This document shows, in pieces, positions 18,131 through 27,153 of a stretch of DNA of 36,209 bases. Both the position numbers and the translations under genes were made by a program. A model generated the notes under the pieces. It had not been told where the DNA came from and did not search any database. It saw nothing but the letters and a program-made list of their open reading frames with translations. The number at the start of each line of letters is the position of its first letter. The first letter of the stretch is position 1. Source of the stretch: Promethearchaeota archaeon (GTDB lineage Archaea; Asgardarchaeota; Lokiarchaeia; Sigyniarchaeales; SOKP01); NCBI GenBank assembly GCA_048938895.1, contig JBHLLU010000039.1, positions 1 through 36,209 of the forward strand, given 5' to 3'.

Positions 18131-20001
18131 ATGGTTATGCAGGAAAATTTCTGGAAATCAATCTAACAAATAACAAAGTTGAAGAAATTGCATTTTCAGA
18201 TGAAATTCTTCAGAATTACATAGGAGGAAGGGGTTTAGGAGTAAAGATATTATGGGATAGACTTGGAGATAAGTGGGAAACGATTGATCCTCTAGGTCCT
18301 GAAAACATTTTACTCATGCTTACTGGTCCTTTAACTGGATATTTTATTGGAGGTAGAAGTTGCGTAACTGGAAAATCCCCTCAAGGCAATGGAATTATAG
18401 GGTCCACAGTTGCAGGAGAGTTTGGAATTGAATTGAAATGTGCGGGATATGACGGTATAATTTTTACGGGAAAGGCTGAAAAGCCGAGTTACGTATTTAT
18501 TTGTGATAATCATATAGAAATTAAAGATGCTTCACACATTTGGGGTAAGAAAAGCAGAGAGACTATGCGAATTCTCATAAAAGATTCGATTAAAGAAATC
18601 AAAAATATCCATCCTAATTATGGGGAATTTAAGGAACCTTCTGTTCTATATATAGGTCCTGCTGGAGAAAACAAATCCAGAGTCGCAGCGGTTTTAGCAA
18701 AATATACACATGCCGCTGGATACGGAGGATATGGTGGGGTAATGGGATCCAAAAACTTGAAAGCTGTAGTTGTAAAAGGTTTTGGTCCTTTACCAGAGGT
18801 GAATGATCAAGATACAATGGTCAAGTTAACCCAAGAATTTTCAAATAATTGTTTTGCTATAGAATTTTTTAGGCGTTGGGGGACAGGATCAGGAGGATAT
18901 ACATTTGGAGCTGACTCAAGTTCAGAGCCAGTTAGAAATTGGCAGGAAGAATGGCATCATGAGGAAAGTTATAGAGGTGAAGAATTCGACAAATTTTGGG
19001 TAAAAAAATACTGGGGAGATTTTGGTTGTCCTGTTACTTGTCTGAAGTTAGCGGTGTTAACAGATGGGGAATATGATGGTGCCATCTGTGATAATCCTGA
19101 TTACGAGCTTGAGGCATTCCTGGGCGCGAATTTGGGTATTTTTTCACCAGAACAAAATATTTTTCTCTCTTTCATAATTGAAGAATTAGGGTTTTGTGGG
19201 ATTCAAGGTGGTGCAATTTTAGGATTTACAGGGGAATTATTCCAAAGAGGGATCCTTTCAAGCGACGATTTAGGAGGTATTAATCTTGAATGGGGAAATG
19301 TTGATGCATTTGCAGAATTAGCAAGAAAAATCGCTTTTAGAGAAGGTATTGGAGACATATTAGCAGAAGGCATATATCGGGCAGCTTTGAAGCTTGAAGA
19401 AGTGAAAGAAACAGAAGTTCTCAAATATGCCATTCATCTTAAAGGGATGGCAATCGGAGCTCACGGTCTTAGAAGTGGTAAAGATATGGTTACAACAACT
19501 TCTATTGGATATAGCGTATCAGTTCAAGCAGGAGACCATACATCATCAGCTGCTCTTCCTATTGATGGACGTGCAAGTGAGTTACGCTCAATTATGAGCG
19601 ATTCTGGAGTATATTGTAACTTTACCACCTTTACCCTGGCTTTTGATCAAATCGCAAGTTTCTATCAAGCAGTTACAGGTTGGGAATTAACAAAAGAAAA
19701 TTGGTTTAGCGAAAAAGGGTTAAGGATTTTACAATTACAGAGAGCTGTTTCACTAATTGGAGGACCGGATGCGGAATGGAGATCAACGCATGATGATACA
19801 CTACCGTCTAGGTTTTGGGAACCTCTCCCCTCGGGACCGTATAAAGGAGATACAATAGATAAAAATGAATTCGCGAAATTAAAATCCGAATATTACCTAG
19901 CAGTGGGGTGGAATGAGGAAGGTGTACCCACTTCTGATATATTGGAAAAGCTGGATTTAAAAGATGTTGAATCGAAGCTTAAAAAAGAGGCTATGTTATA
20001 A
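18124..20001 (+). CDS. aor: Tungsten-dependent aldehyde:ferredoxin oxidoreductase family protein
   Basis: Motifs GYAGKFLEINL, YIGGRGLG, KSPQ, IGPAGEN, GGVMGSKNLKAV, GIGDILAEG and EYYLAVGWNEEGVPT. Confidence 0.93.
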   Translation: MVNGYAGKFLEINLTNNKVEEIAFSDEILQNYIGGRGLGVKILWDRLGDKWETIDPLGPENILLMLTGPLTGYFIGGRSCVTGKSPQGNGIIGSTVAGEFGIELKCAGYDGIIFTGKAEKPSYVFICDNHIEIKDASHIWGKKSRETMRILIKDSIKEIKNIHPNYGEFKEPSVLYIGPAGENKSRVAAVLAKYTHAAGYGGYGGVMGSKNLKAVVVKGFGPLPEVNDQDTMVKLTQEFSNNCFAIEFFRRWGTGSGGYTFGADSSSEPVRNWQEEWHHEESYRGEEFDKFWVKKYWGDFGCPVTCLKLAVLTDGEYDGAICDNPDYELEAFLGANLGIFSPEQNIFLSFIIEELGFCGIQGGAILGFTGELFQRGILSSDDLGGINLEWGNVDAFAELARKIAFREGIGDILAEGIYRAALKLEEVKETEVLKYAIHLKGMAIGAHGLRSGKDMVTTTSIGYSVSVQAGDHTSSAALPIDGRASELRSIMSDSGVYCNFTTFTLAFDQIASFYQAVTGWELTKENWFSEKGLRILQLQRAVSLIGGPDAEWRSTHDDTLPSRFWEPLPSGPYKGDTIDKNEFAKLKSEYYLAVGWNEEGVPTSDILEKLDLKDVESKLKKEAML

Positions 20002-20011
20002 TTTTAAAGCT

Positions 20012-20035
20012 AAATTTTTTTAATATTTATTTTTT
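20012..20035 (+). terminator. Putative oligo-U terminator after aor
   Basis: Two T7 tracts immediately downstream of the stop codon. Confidence 0.4.
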
Positions 20036-20154
20036 AAATCTTGTTTATCAATAAAGTAAAAAATTTTATATCGAACTGACTGTATATTAATCAATCACAT
20101 TATTCGATGCTTAGAGTCGAAAAAGAGCATAATTGATTTTATAATTGAACCTAA

Positions 20155-23100
20155 ATGACCTCAATAGAAAGTGAAGAGTTACTACTAGAAAAGGCGAGAG
20201 TAGAGGAAGAAAAATTCAATTGGAATGAAGCAGCAAAGTTATATGAAAAGGTCTTAAAATTTTATTTAGATAAAAATCTAGACGAAAAAGCTGCAAGTTG
20301 TTATAAAAATCTTGGATATTATTATAGAAGAGCGGCTGATACTGTGGACACCGATGAAGAGTTTTTAGAACAGATTAAATCTGCTGTTAAAGCATATAAG
20401 GAAGCAATGAATCTCTTTAAGATACAAGCAAATAGATCTGAGGAATTAGAATGCAAGGCAGAAATAAATTGTGCAAATGGGTCTCTTGCAACATCTGATA
20501 GGGAAGCTAAGGGGGAGCTTTACCAGGCTTATAAGTTTTTTAGTGAATCAAGTAAAAATTATTCCATTGAGGACAATCAAGAGAGTTTAGCGAGAGTATT
20601 ATGTCGAGCAGCAAATGCAATATTATTCCTTACATTCTATAATATCGATAAGGAAGAGATGAGGCGCATCGGTCAAGAGGGGAAAGATTTTGCTAAAAAG
20701 GCTTGGGAAATTTCAAGAAAGATAGACAATCTACAGATTTTGGCTGATTCGTTAAATAGGGAATTAATGATTAATTTCAATGCAATAGAAACAATTATAG
20801 ATTTTAAAAAAGACGAGGGATACAAGGAATATAAAGAGAGCATTTTATTAAAGTGCGATGAAAGCATTACACTCATTGAGAACAGTGATGATTCATATGC
20901 TCTCATGCAGGTTTATATGGTAGCAGGTGCTTCTTATTGTTCCTTTGCTTATCAATTCATTGAAGATGAGAAGGAGCAAGATGAAATTCTTGATAAAGGG
21001 ATGAATTTACTAGAAAGAGCCTTGATGGCTGCTAAAAAAACGAAATCAAAATCAGAAATAATTACATGCCTTTTTTTTATAAATTATTTTGCCCTTTATA
21101 GTAATCGAATTAATTATTTACAGAAAAGAATTCTCAATGACATCAAAGAGAGTTTAGAATATGGAAAGATTTATACTTATCCCTATAATATATATAGTTC
21201 CATGTCAAATGTTTTGCCTGCACTTTATTTCTCTAATTCCTCCCAAAGAAGCTTTTTTACTAGAGCGCAACGTAAAACTTACGCTGAAAAAGGAATCCAA
21301 TACACAAAAGAAGCAATGAATGGACCTCATGTTCCTGGTGTTATGGCATGGTTATACCAAGGTTTGGTATTAGCTTATTCTCAACTTACTATTCTCTCGG
21401 ATTCAAAAGCAAAACAGGGAGAAAATGCTCAACTTTTGCTTCAATATGCAAACCAGGCAGAAAAATTCGGCTTAAAATATGATGGAGGGTTTCCTCGAGC
21501 GGGGGGTTATACATGTCTTTATAAAGCTCATAAAACTCTTGCAGACATCACTGAAAAAAGAGAAGAAAGGATTTACCACCTTAAGGAAGCCATCAATGCT
21601 CAAAAAAAATCAACAGATTATGCAATTTTATCTCGAACAGGTACGCTTACAGAAAAAATGAGACTTGGATTGTTATTTGAAGAATTAGGTATTATAACAA
21701 GGGAATCCTCTGATTTGAATCAAGCAAGGGAAATTTTTCTCCTCACAATAAAAGATAGCGTCGATAGAAAATACTTTTCATATGAAGCAGCTAGTTATCA
21801 ATATTTAGCTCGTATAGAAGATCGTTTAGGTAATTACATGGTTTCTGCTGAAAACTACAACCAGGCTCAACAAGCATATGATAAGTCATTAAAAATGATA
21901 AAATACAAATTATTAAAGAATAGGATTATCGAGAAATCTAATTATGTCCGAGCATGGGCCTATATTGAAGAGGCTAAATCATATCATAATCGTGAAAATC
22001 ACAAACAATCTAAGGAACGTTATAAGAAGGCTTATGATATATTAAAAGATTTAGGAAGTTATGCTTATGAGGCATCATATTATTCTGGATGGATATCCTT
22101 AGAGGAAGCAGAACAACTAAGTAAACAAGAGAGGCATGAAGAAGCAATAGAAAGCTTTAAAAAGACAGGAATAATATTTGAAGGAGCTATTAAAACATTA
22201 ATTAAATCCCAAGAGCGATCAAGCGATAAATTTGATAAAGAGAGAATCATTAAATTTGAAAAAGTAGCTCAGGTAAGGGTGAATCATTGTAGGGCAAGAA
22301 TAAATCTTGAAGAAGCAAGGATCTTAGGAAAGCAGGGGGAACATATTGCCGCTGCAGAAAAATTCGCTCTTGCATCTTCACAATTCAGAGATATTTGTAT
22401 TTTATTTAGAATTAAACGAGAGAGAGAGGAATTAGAAGCGGTATATTATCTTTGCAGAGCATGGGAAAATATGGAACTTGCTGAAGAATATAGGGACCCA
22501 AAAAGGTTTTCTGATGCTGCAGAATTATTTGTAGATGCAAGTAAACGGTTCACTGATACAAAATTAAAATTATTAGCTACTGGAAATTCGACTTTTTGTT
22601 TAGCTCTTGAATATGGATGTAAATTTGATGAAACTATTGAAATAAATCTTAAAAAGGAATTATATCCAAAAGTTAAACTGATGCTCAGTAAAGCAGCTAA
22701 CTCTTATCAGGATGGAGGATTTGAAAGTGCTGCTGACTGGGCACAAGCTACCTCTATTTATTTTGATGCTGCATGGCAACTAATTAAGGCTGATGAAGAA
22801 ACAGATCTTCAGGAAAAAGGAAAACTTTTAAGAATAGGTGCTAAGTATTTAAAATCTGCAGTTGAATTATTTGGAAAAGCTGGTTATAAAGATAAGACGA
22901 GAGAAGTTCAAGATCGATTAAATAGAGTTGAAAAGGAAGAATCAATTCTTATTTCTGCTTTAAGCACCATAAAAGAACCCACAATCTCTCGAAGCACTAT
23001 GGGGATTTTTGCTCCCTCTTGCCCACTTGAAAGTAGTCAATCTCCTCGATTAAGCGAAGCCCGTCAGTTTAGCGAAGAGGAACGACGAAGTCAGAAAGAG

Positions 23101-23991
23101 ACAAAAGAAGGAAAGAAATATCAATTAATCTATAAAGATTTGTTTAAGGAATACATTAAAGTCCAAAAACGGGAATGCAGAGTTGGTATTGCCCAAATAG
23201 GAGTTTCTGAGAAGTTAAATATTATGAAAGAGCTATTTGAAATGAAATCGGCTGGTCTTTTAGGCATAAAGGAGGAAAAAATTGAAGAATTAAAATCTAA
23301 GATTAAAATTATGGTTGAAAATGCGCATAATGAAAGAGTTAATATTTTACTTTTCCCAGAAATGACAATAGATCTTAACTACGGTGAAATTTTTGAAGAA
23401 ATAGCAGATTTATCCAAATTGTATGGGATGCTTATTATCCCAGGTTCGTTCCATGATCAAGGTACCAAACGAAATATTAGTAAGGTTTTTGCTCCCGAAG
23501 GGATACTTTGGGAGCAGGAAAAGCATATCCCAGCAATTATTAGTACTGGGGAGGGAGAACGTTTTAAAGAGGGAATAGAAGTTGGGAATTTTCCCCATAC
23601 TACAATTATATGTAACACCGAATATGGGAGAATTGCAATCGCAATTTGTAGGGATTTTCTTGACATGGATCTAAGAGTAGAATTGAAAAATTTTGAACCC
23701 CCCGTAGATATTATATTAAACCCTGCCTTTACTCCAGTTACAGTGGATTTTAATGCTGCCCATTTCGATGCACGAAGATCAATCTATGCATACTGTTTTT
23801 TCGCCAATGTTGCTGAATTTGGTAATTCATTCATACATACTCCAGAGAAGGATAGAACGGAGAGAGTTTTAAAAGCTAAAGAGGAAGGACTAATTTTTAA
23901 GGATATTGATATATTTAAATTACGTTCAGAACGCAAAAGGTGGGAGAAGGAACAGAAAAAGGAAAGATTATTCATCCAAAGTACTCGTTAA
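20155..23991 (+). CDS. Large TPR-like helical-repeat protein with a C-terminal carbon-nitrogen hydrolase (nitrilase-fold) domain
   Basis: About 940 aa of A/Y/E/K-rich helical repeats, then a Ser/Pro linker, then RVGIAQ, LLFPEM (E1069), QEKHIP (K1123), GRIAIAICRDF (C1165) and FFANV. Confidence 0.85.
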   Translation: MTSIESEELLLEKARVEEEKFNWNEAAKLYEKVLKFYLDKNLDEKAASCYKNLGYYYRRAADTVDTDEEFLEQIKSAVKAYKEAMNLFKIQANRSEELECKAEINCANGSLATSDREAKGELYQAYKFFSESSKNYSIEDNQESLARVLCRAANAILFLTFYNIDKEEMRRIGQEGKDFAKKAWEISRKIDNLQILADSLNRELMINFNAIETIIDFKKDEGYKEYKESILLKCDESITLIENSDDSYALMQVYMVAGASYCSFAYQFIEDEKEQDEILDKGMNLLERALMAAKKTKSKSEIITCLFFINYFALYSNRINYLQKRILNDIKESLEYGKIYTYPYNIYSSMSNVLPALYFSNSSQRSFFTRAQRKTYAEKGIQYTKEAMNGPHVPGVMAWLYQGLVLAYSQLTILSDSKAKQGENAQLLLQYANQAEKFGLKYDGGFPRAGGYTCLYKAHKTLADITEKREERIYHLKEAINAQKKSTDYAILSRTGTLTEKMRLGLLFEELGIITRESSDLNQAREIFLLTIKDSVDRKYFSYEAASYQYLARIEDRLGNYMVSAENYNQAQQAYDKSLKMIKYKLLKNRIIEKSNYVRAWAYIEEAKSYHNRENHKQSKERYKKAYDILKDLGSYAYEASYYSGWISLEEAEQLSKQERHEEAIESFKKTGIIFEGAIKTLIKSQERSSDKFDKERIIKFEKVAQVRVNHCRARINLEEARILGKQGEHIAAAEKFALASSQFRDICILFRIKREREELEAVYYLCRAWENMELAEEYRDPKRFSDAAELFVDASKRFTDTKLKLLATGNSTFCLALEYGCKFDETIEINLKKELYPKVKLMLSKAANSYQDGGFESAADWAQATSIYFDAAWQLIKADEETDLQEKGKLLRIGAKYLKSAVELFGKAGYKDKTREVQDRLNRVEKEESILISALSTIKEPTISRSTMGIFAPSCPLESSQSPRLSEARQFSEEERRSQKETKEGKKYQLIYKDLFKEYIKVQKRECRVGIAQIGVSEKLNIMKELFEMKSAGLLGIKEEKIEELKSKIKIMVENAHNERVNILLFPEMTIDLNYGEIFEEIADLSKLYGMLIIPGSFHDQGTKRNISKVFAPEGILWEQEKHIPAIISTGEGERFKEGIEVGNFPHTTIICNTEYGRIAIAICRDFLDMDLRVELKNFEPPVDIILNPAFTPVTVDFNAAHFDARRSIYAYCFFANVAEFGNSFIHTPEKDRTERVLKAKEEGLIFKDIDIFKLRSERKRWEKEQKKERLFIQSTR

Positions 23992-24185
23992 AATAATAAC
24001 TGAGAATATATATTTCCAGCGAATAATTATTGAAAAGTAAATTACTGAAACATCACTTAATTTTAAAGAAATGTTTAATAAAATCTGGTCTTTCGAGTAA
24101 CCTACATAAAATGCTAAAAGTTTTAAATCTCAAAATATAATTAAACCGTTGTTACTTGAAGAAATAAATTTGAAGTGTGGAATTT

Positions 24186-25403
24186 ATGGAAGCAGAATCT
24201 AAGAAAGTAAGGTACCTTTTCTTGGACAATATAAAGGTCCTTTTTACAATTCTAGTGATTTTCTGGCATGTAATGGTAACTTATGCTGAGATAGGTTGGT
24301 GGTACTATAAAGAGTCTAATCCAGTTGATCCAATCAGCTATATCTTTTTTCTTCTTTTATCTTCAATAGGCGGAGTGTTTCAAACCTCACTTTTAGGATT
24401 ATTTTTTTTATTGGGAGGATATTTCACCCCGAAAAGCTATGATCGAAAAGGTATTTGGAGCTTCTGGAAAGAACGACTTATTCGTCTTGGCATCCCTCTT
24501 TTTTTATATATCTTTTTGATTAACCCTATTATAATATATATATTATCTCAATTAGGGATTCCACCTTGGGATGCTGATCCAACATTACAAGGAACTCTAC
24601 TAGATTATTATTTCGGTAAATTTATCTCATGGCAAGATTTCATTGATTTTCTAACGTTTGGAGGACCTATGTGGTTCCTCCGGGTTTTACTAATCTTTAC
24701 TGCACTTTATACTATTTGGCGTCAAATAACCAAGTTAGAAATAGTACAACGAAAAGTTAAAAATGAATTTTCCATCCCAAGATATTCACATTTACTTATT
24801 TTAGCTATTGGCTTAGGATTTCTTACATTTTTAGTACGTATAATCTTTCCGATAGACGTACGTCCGCTGGAAATACCATGGGGTCAACTAATTCAGTATC
24901 TAATGATGTTCTGTATTGGTGTTATCTGTATCAGGTATTTTTGGTTCGAAAAGATGACTAAAAAGCATGTTAAAATCTGGCTAATTACAATAATAATTTC
25001 ATTTATTGTAATTTATGTCGACTTTTTTGTAGCTATAGCAAATGATGTAGATTTTATAGATTTTACAGGAGGTGCCAATTTGCATGCTTTTCTTTTCGCT
25101 TTGGTAGATAATGTTATTTGTATGGGAGTTATTTTTGTCTTGATCAAGATCTTTTACGCAAAATTCAACAAGCAAGGACCTATATTACGAAACCTATCTA
25201 CTAGTGCATATCATATGTACCTTCTTCATCCAATTATCCTTGTAGTAGTATCCATTGGATTTGCATCCTTAAATCTTTACGCTATTATAAAATTAGCAAT
25301 AGTTTTTCCTTTAACTGTCCTATTTTGCTATTTAATAAGTCATTATGTCTTTGAAAAAATTCATTTGAAAAAACTTATAAGGGCTACTCATAAGAGTGAG
25401 TGA
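24186..25403 (+). CDS. Acyltransferase family 3 membrane protein (OpgC/MdoC-like)
   Basis: Motifs RYLFLDNIK...VIFWH, FFLLGGYF, ERLIRLGIP, MWFL and YLLHP, with about 10 TM segments. Start is ATG 24186 or GTG 24177. Confidence 0.9.
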   Translation: MEAESKKVRYLFLDNIKVLFTILVIFWHVMVTYAEIGWWYYKESNPVDPISYIFFLLLSSIGGVFQTSLLGLFFLLGGYFTPKSYDRKGIWSFWKERLIRLGIPLFLYIFLINPIIIYILSQLGIPPWDADPTLQGTLLDYYFGKFISWQDFIDFLTFGGPMWFLRVLLIFTALYTIWRQITKLEIVQRKVKNEFSIPRYSHLLILAIGLGFLTFLVRIIFPIDVRPLEIPWGQLIQYLMMFCIGVICIRYFWFEKMTKKHVKIWLITIIISFIVIYVDFFVAIANDVDFIDFTGGANLHAFLFALVDNVICMGVIFVLIKIFYAKFNKQGPILRNLSTSAYHMYLLHPIILVVVSIGFASLNLYAIIKLAIVFPLTVLFCYLISHYVFEKIHLKKLIRATHKSE

Positions 25404-25463
25404 TGATTTTTTTCAGTTTTATCATTTGAAACTAAATTTGAAAAAAGATTTAGACTATTAAAG

Positions 25464-25477
25464 AAAAAAAAAAAAAA
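25464..25477 (-). terminator. Putative oligo-U terminator (T14 on the minus strand)
   Basis: A14 run 44 nt downstream of the 25521 stop, between convergent genes. Confidence 0.45.
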
Positions 25478-25520
25478 GGATAAAATTATTGATACATATA
25501 AAAAACTAATTAAAGATATT

Positions 25521-26072
25521 TTAACTCTCAGAAGCTTTTGATTTTTCTTCTGCTTTTTTTTGTTTAGCTTGCTTTTTTGCTAATTTAACATCCCCAAAGG
25601 AAGGAGTGAATTTTGAGCCTTTTATGGGTAATATACAGGTTGCGTCTAGTTTTTCAGATCCTCTAGAAGCAACCATTGATGTTTTTTGCTTAAAGTGTAG
25701 TTCTAAGTGCCATTTATCATAAATTTCATCTTCCTTTCCCTTCCCTTTTTTTTTTTGCCATGTTGGTAATTTAATCTTAAAAGGATATTCTTTTGTTTCA
25801 CCTGTTTTCAGTTTCTCACCTGAGGCAATATCCCATTGCTTCAATTCCCTCTTTTGATCTCTCCAAGATTCAGTTTCTTCTCCAGTTTCAAGGTCTTTAG
25901 TGGTAACTAGTTCTTTATACATATCAAATAATTCAATATACAGGCTTTTTAACTTTTTATCCTTTTTCTCTCCATTTGATATTATGATCTTTCCTTCAAT
26001 TTCATCATTGGATTTAACAATCAGCGGTGGATCTTTTATCTCATATGCTACATGAACCTTTGTTCCAACCAT
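25521..26072 (-). CDS. Hypothetical protein with an arrestin-N/Spo0M-like beta-sandwich and Lys-rich tail
   Basis: NDEIEGKIII, LKSLYIEL and LKTGETKEYPFKIKLP resemble the arrestin-N pattern. SD GGTGT and a TTTATAAA element lie upstream. Confidence 0.55.
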   Translation of the reverse strand: MVGTKVHVAYEIKDPPLIVKSNDEIEGKIIISNGEKKDKKLKSLYIELFDMYKELVTTKDLETGEETESWRDQKRELKQWDIASGEKLKTGETKEYPFKIKLPTWQKKKGKGKEDEIYDKWHLELHFKQKTSMVASRGSEKLDATCILPIKGSKFTPSFGDVKLAKKQAKQKKAEEKSKASES

Positions 26073-26185
26073 AATTTTTACACCAAAAAAGTAATAAATT
26101 AAGGATTTATAAATGCATTTGGAATTAGTGTATTAATGCCTTCGAGGAATGAAAACCTAAAAAAAAAAGAAGGTATTGGTTATTA

Positions 26186-26926
26186 TTATTTTGAATTTTT
26201 TTTGAGTATTTCTGCTACTTTGGCTACATTTTTATCCATTTTAGGTCCTTTCTTGATAATTATGGTAACATCCATGTCAGATACTTTTTCTTTCCCTTTT
26301 TTATCGGTGAAAGGAACATCTACTTTATACTTAATAACACCTTTTTTAATCTTCTTCTCTTCAATGTCATAATTGTCTTTAATTGGATAAATGTGACCAT
26401 AATTCAAGATATTAGATGCTTCCATATCAGCTGCCACAGATTTAGCGATTGAATCAGATACTGACTTGTGGACAGCATAGGATCCGAGTCTAATAAATTC
26501 TAAGCCCATTCCACTTAATCTCGCTTGTTTAATTTCTTTCTTTCCTGAAGCAATAATTCTGAAATTCGATATGTAAAGCATGCCAGTAATTTCCGAATTA
26601 CCATCTTGGAGCCATCCCTCTGCAATTACCTTAAATTCTTCACCGGGAAGCTTACAAAAGTTCTTAATGAAATGTTTTTCAAAATCAACCAATTTTGGTC
26701 CGTATCTCGCTGAAGCCATGAACATAAATCCTTTATATATTTTATCATTGAATTGCTCCACATCAGCTTCGATAATAGCTTTGAAAATCTCACCCATCGC
26801 ATCATATTCATCGGGTACAAGCTTTTTAAATCCCCCTAATAGCTTCTTTACAACATTTCCGTGCTTTTTATTAGCAATAAGTTCTAAAACTTCATCTTTA
26901 AGAGCTGAATAATCAGTTGGTGCCAT
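26186..26926 (-). CDS. Hypothetical protein with helical N-terminus and GRAM/PH-like domain
   Basis: LPGEEF...ITGMLYISNFRII resembles the GRAM/bacterial-PH pattern LPGE...G.LY.TN.R. SD GAGGT lies upstream. Confidence 0.5.
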   Translation of the reverse strand: MAPTDYSALKDEVLELIANKKHGNVVKKLLGGFKKLVPDEYDAMGEIFKAIIEADVEQFNDKIYKGFMFMASARYGPKLVDFEKHFIKNFCKLPGEEFKVIAEGWLQDGNSEITGMLYISNFRIIASGKKEIKQARLSGMGLEFIRLGSYAVHKSVSDSIAKSVAADMEASNILNYGHIYPIKDNYDIEEKKIKKGVIKYKVDVPFTDKKGKEKVSDMDVTIIIKKGPKMDKNVAKVAEILKKNSK

Positions 26927-27153
26927 ATTTTTTACCTCATTTTGATTAAATTACAAAAAATATGAAAATCATTAGGAGGAATCTTCATCTAATTAATGAG
27001 AATAATTCCTCTCTCAACCCTTTTCATATCTATTTTTTTTTAATTACTAATAACATGATAAATTTAATGTTTAAATATTTGCCACGTTAATATCATAGTA
27101 AGGTGTATTTATATTAACACAAAATTATACTTCTTTGAGCTGATGCTAAGACA

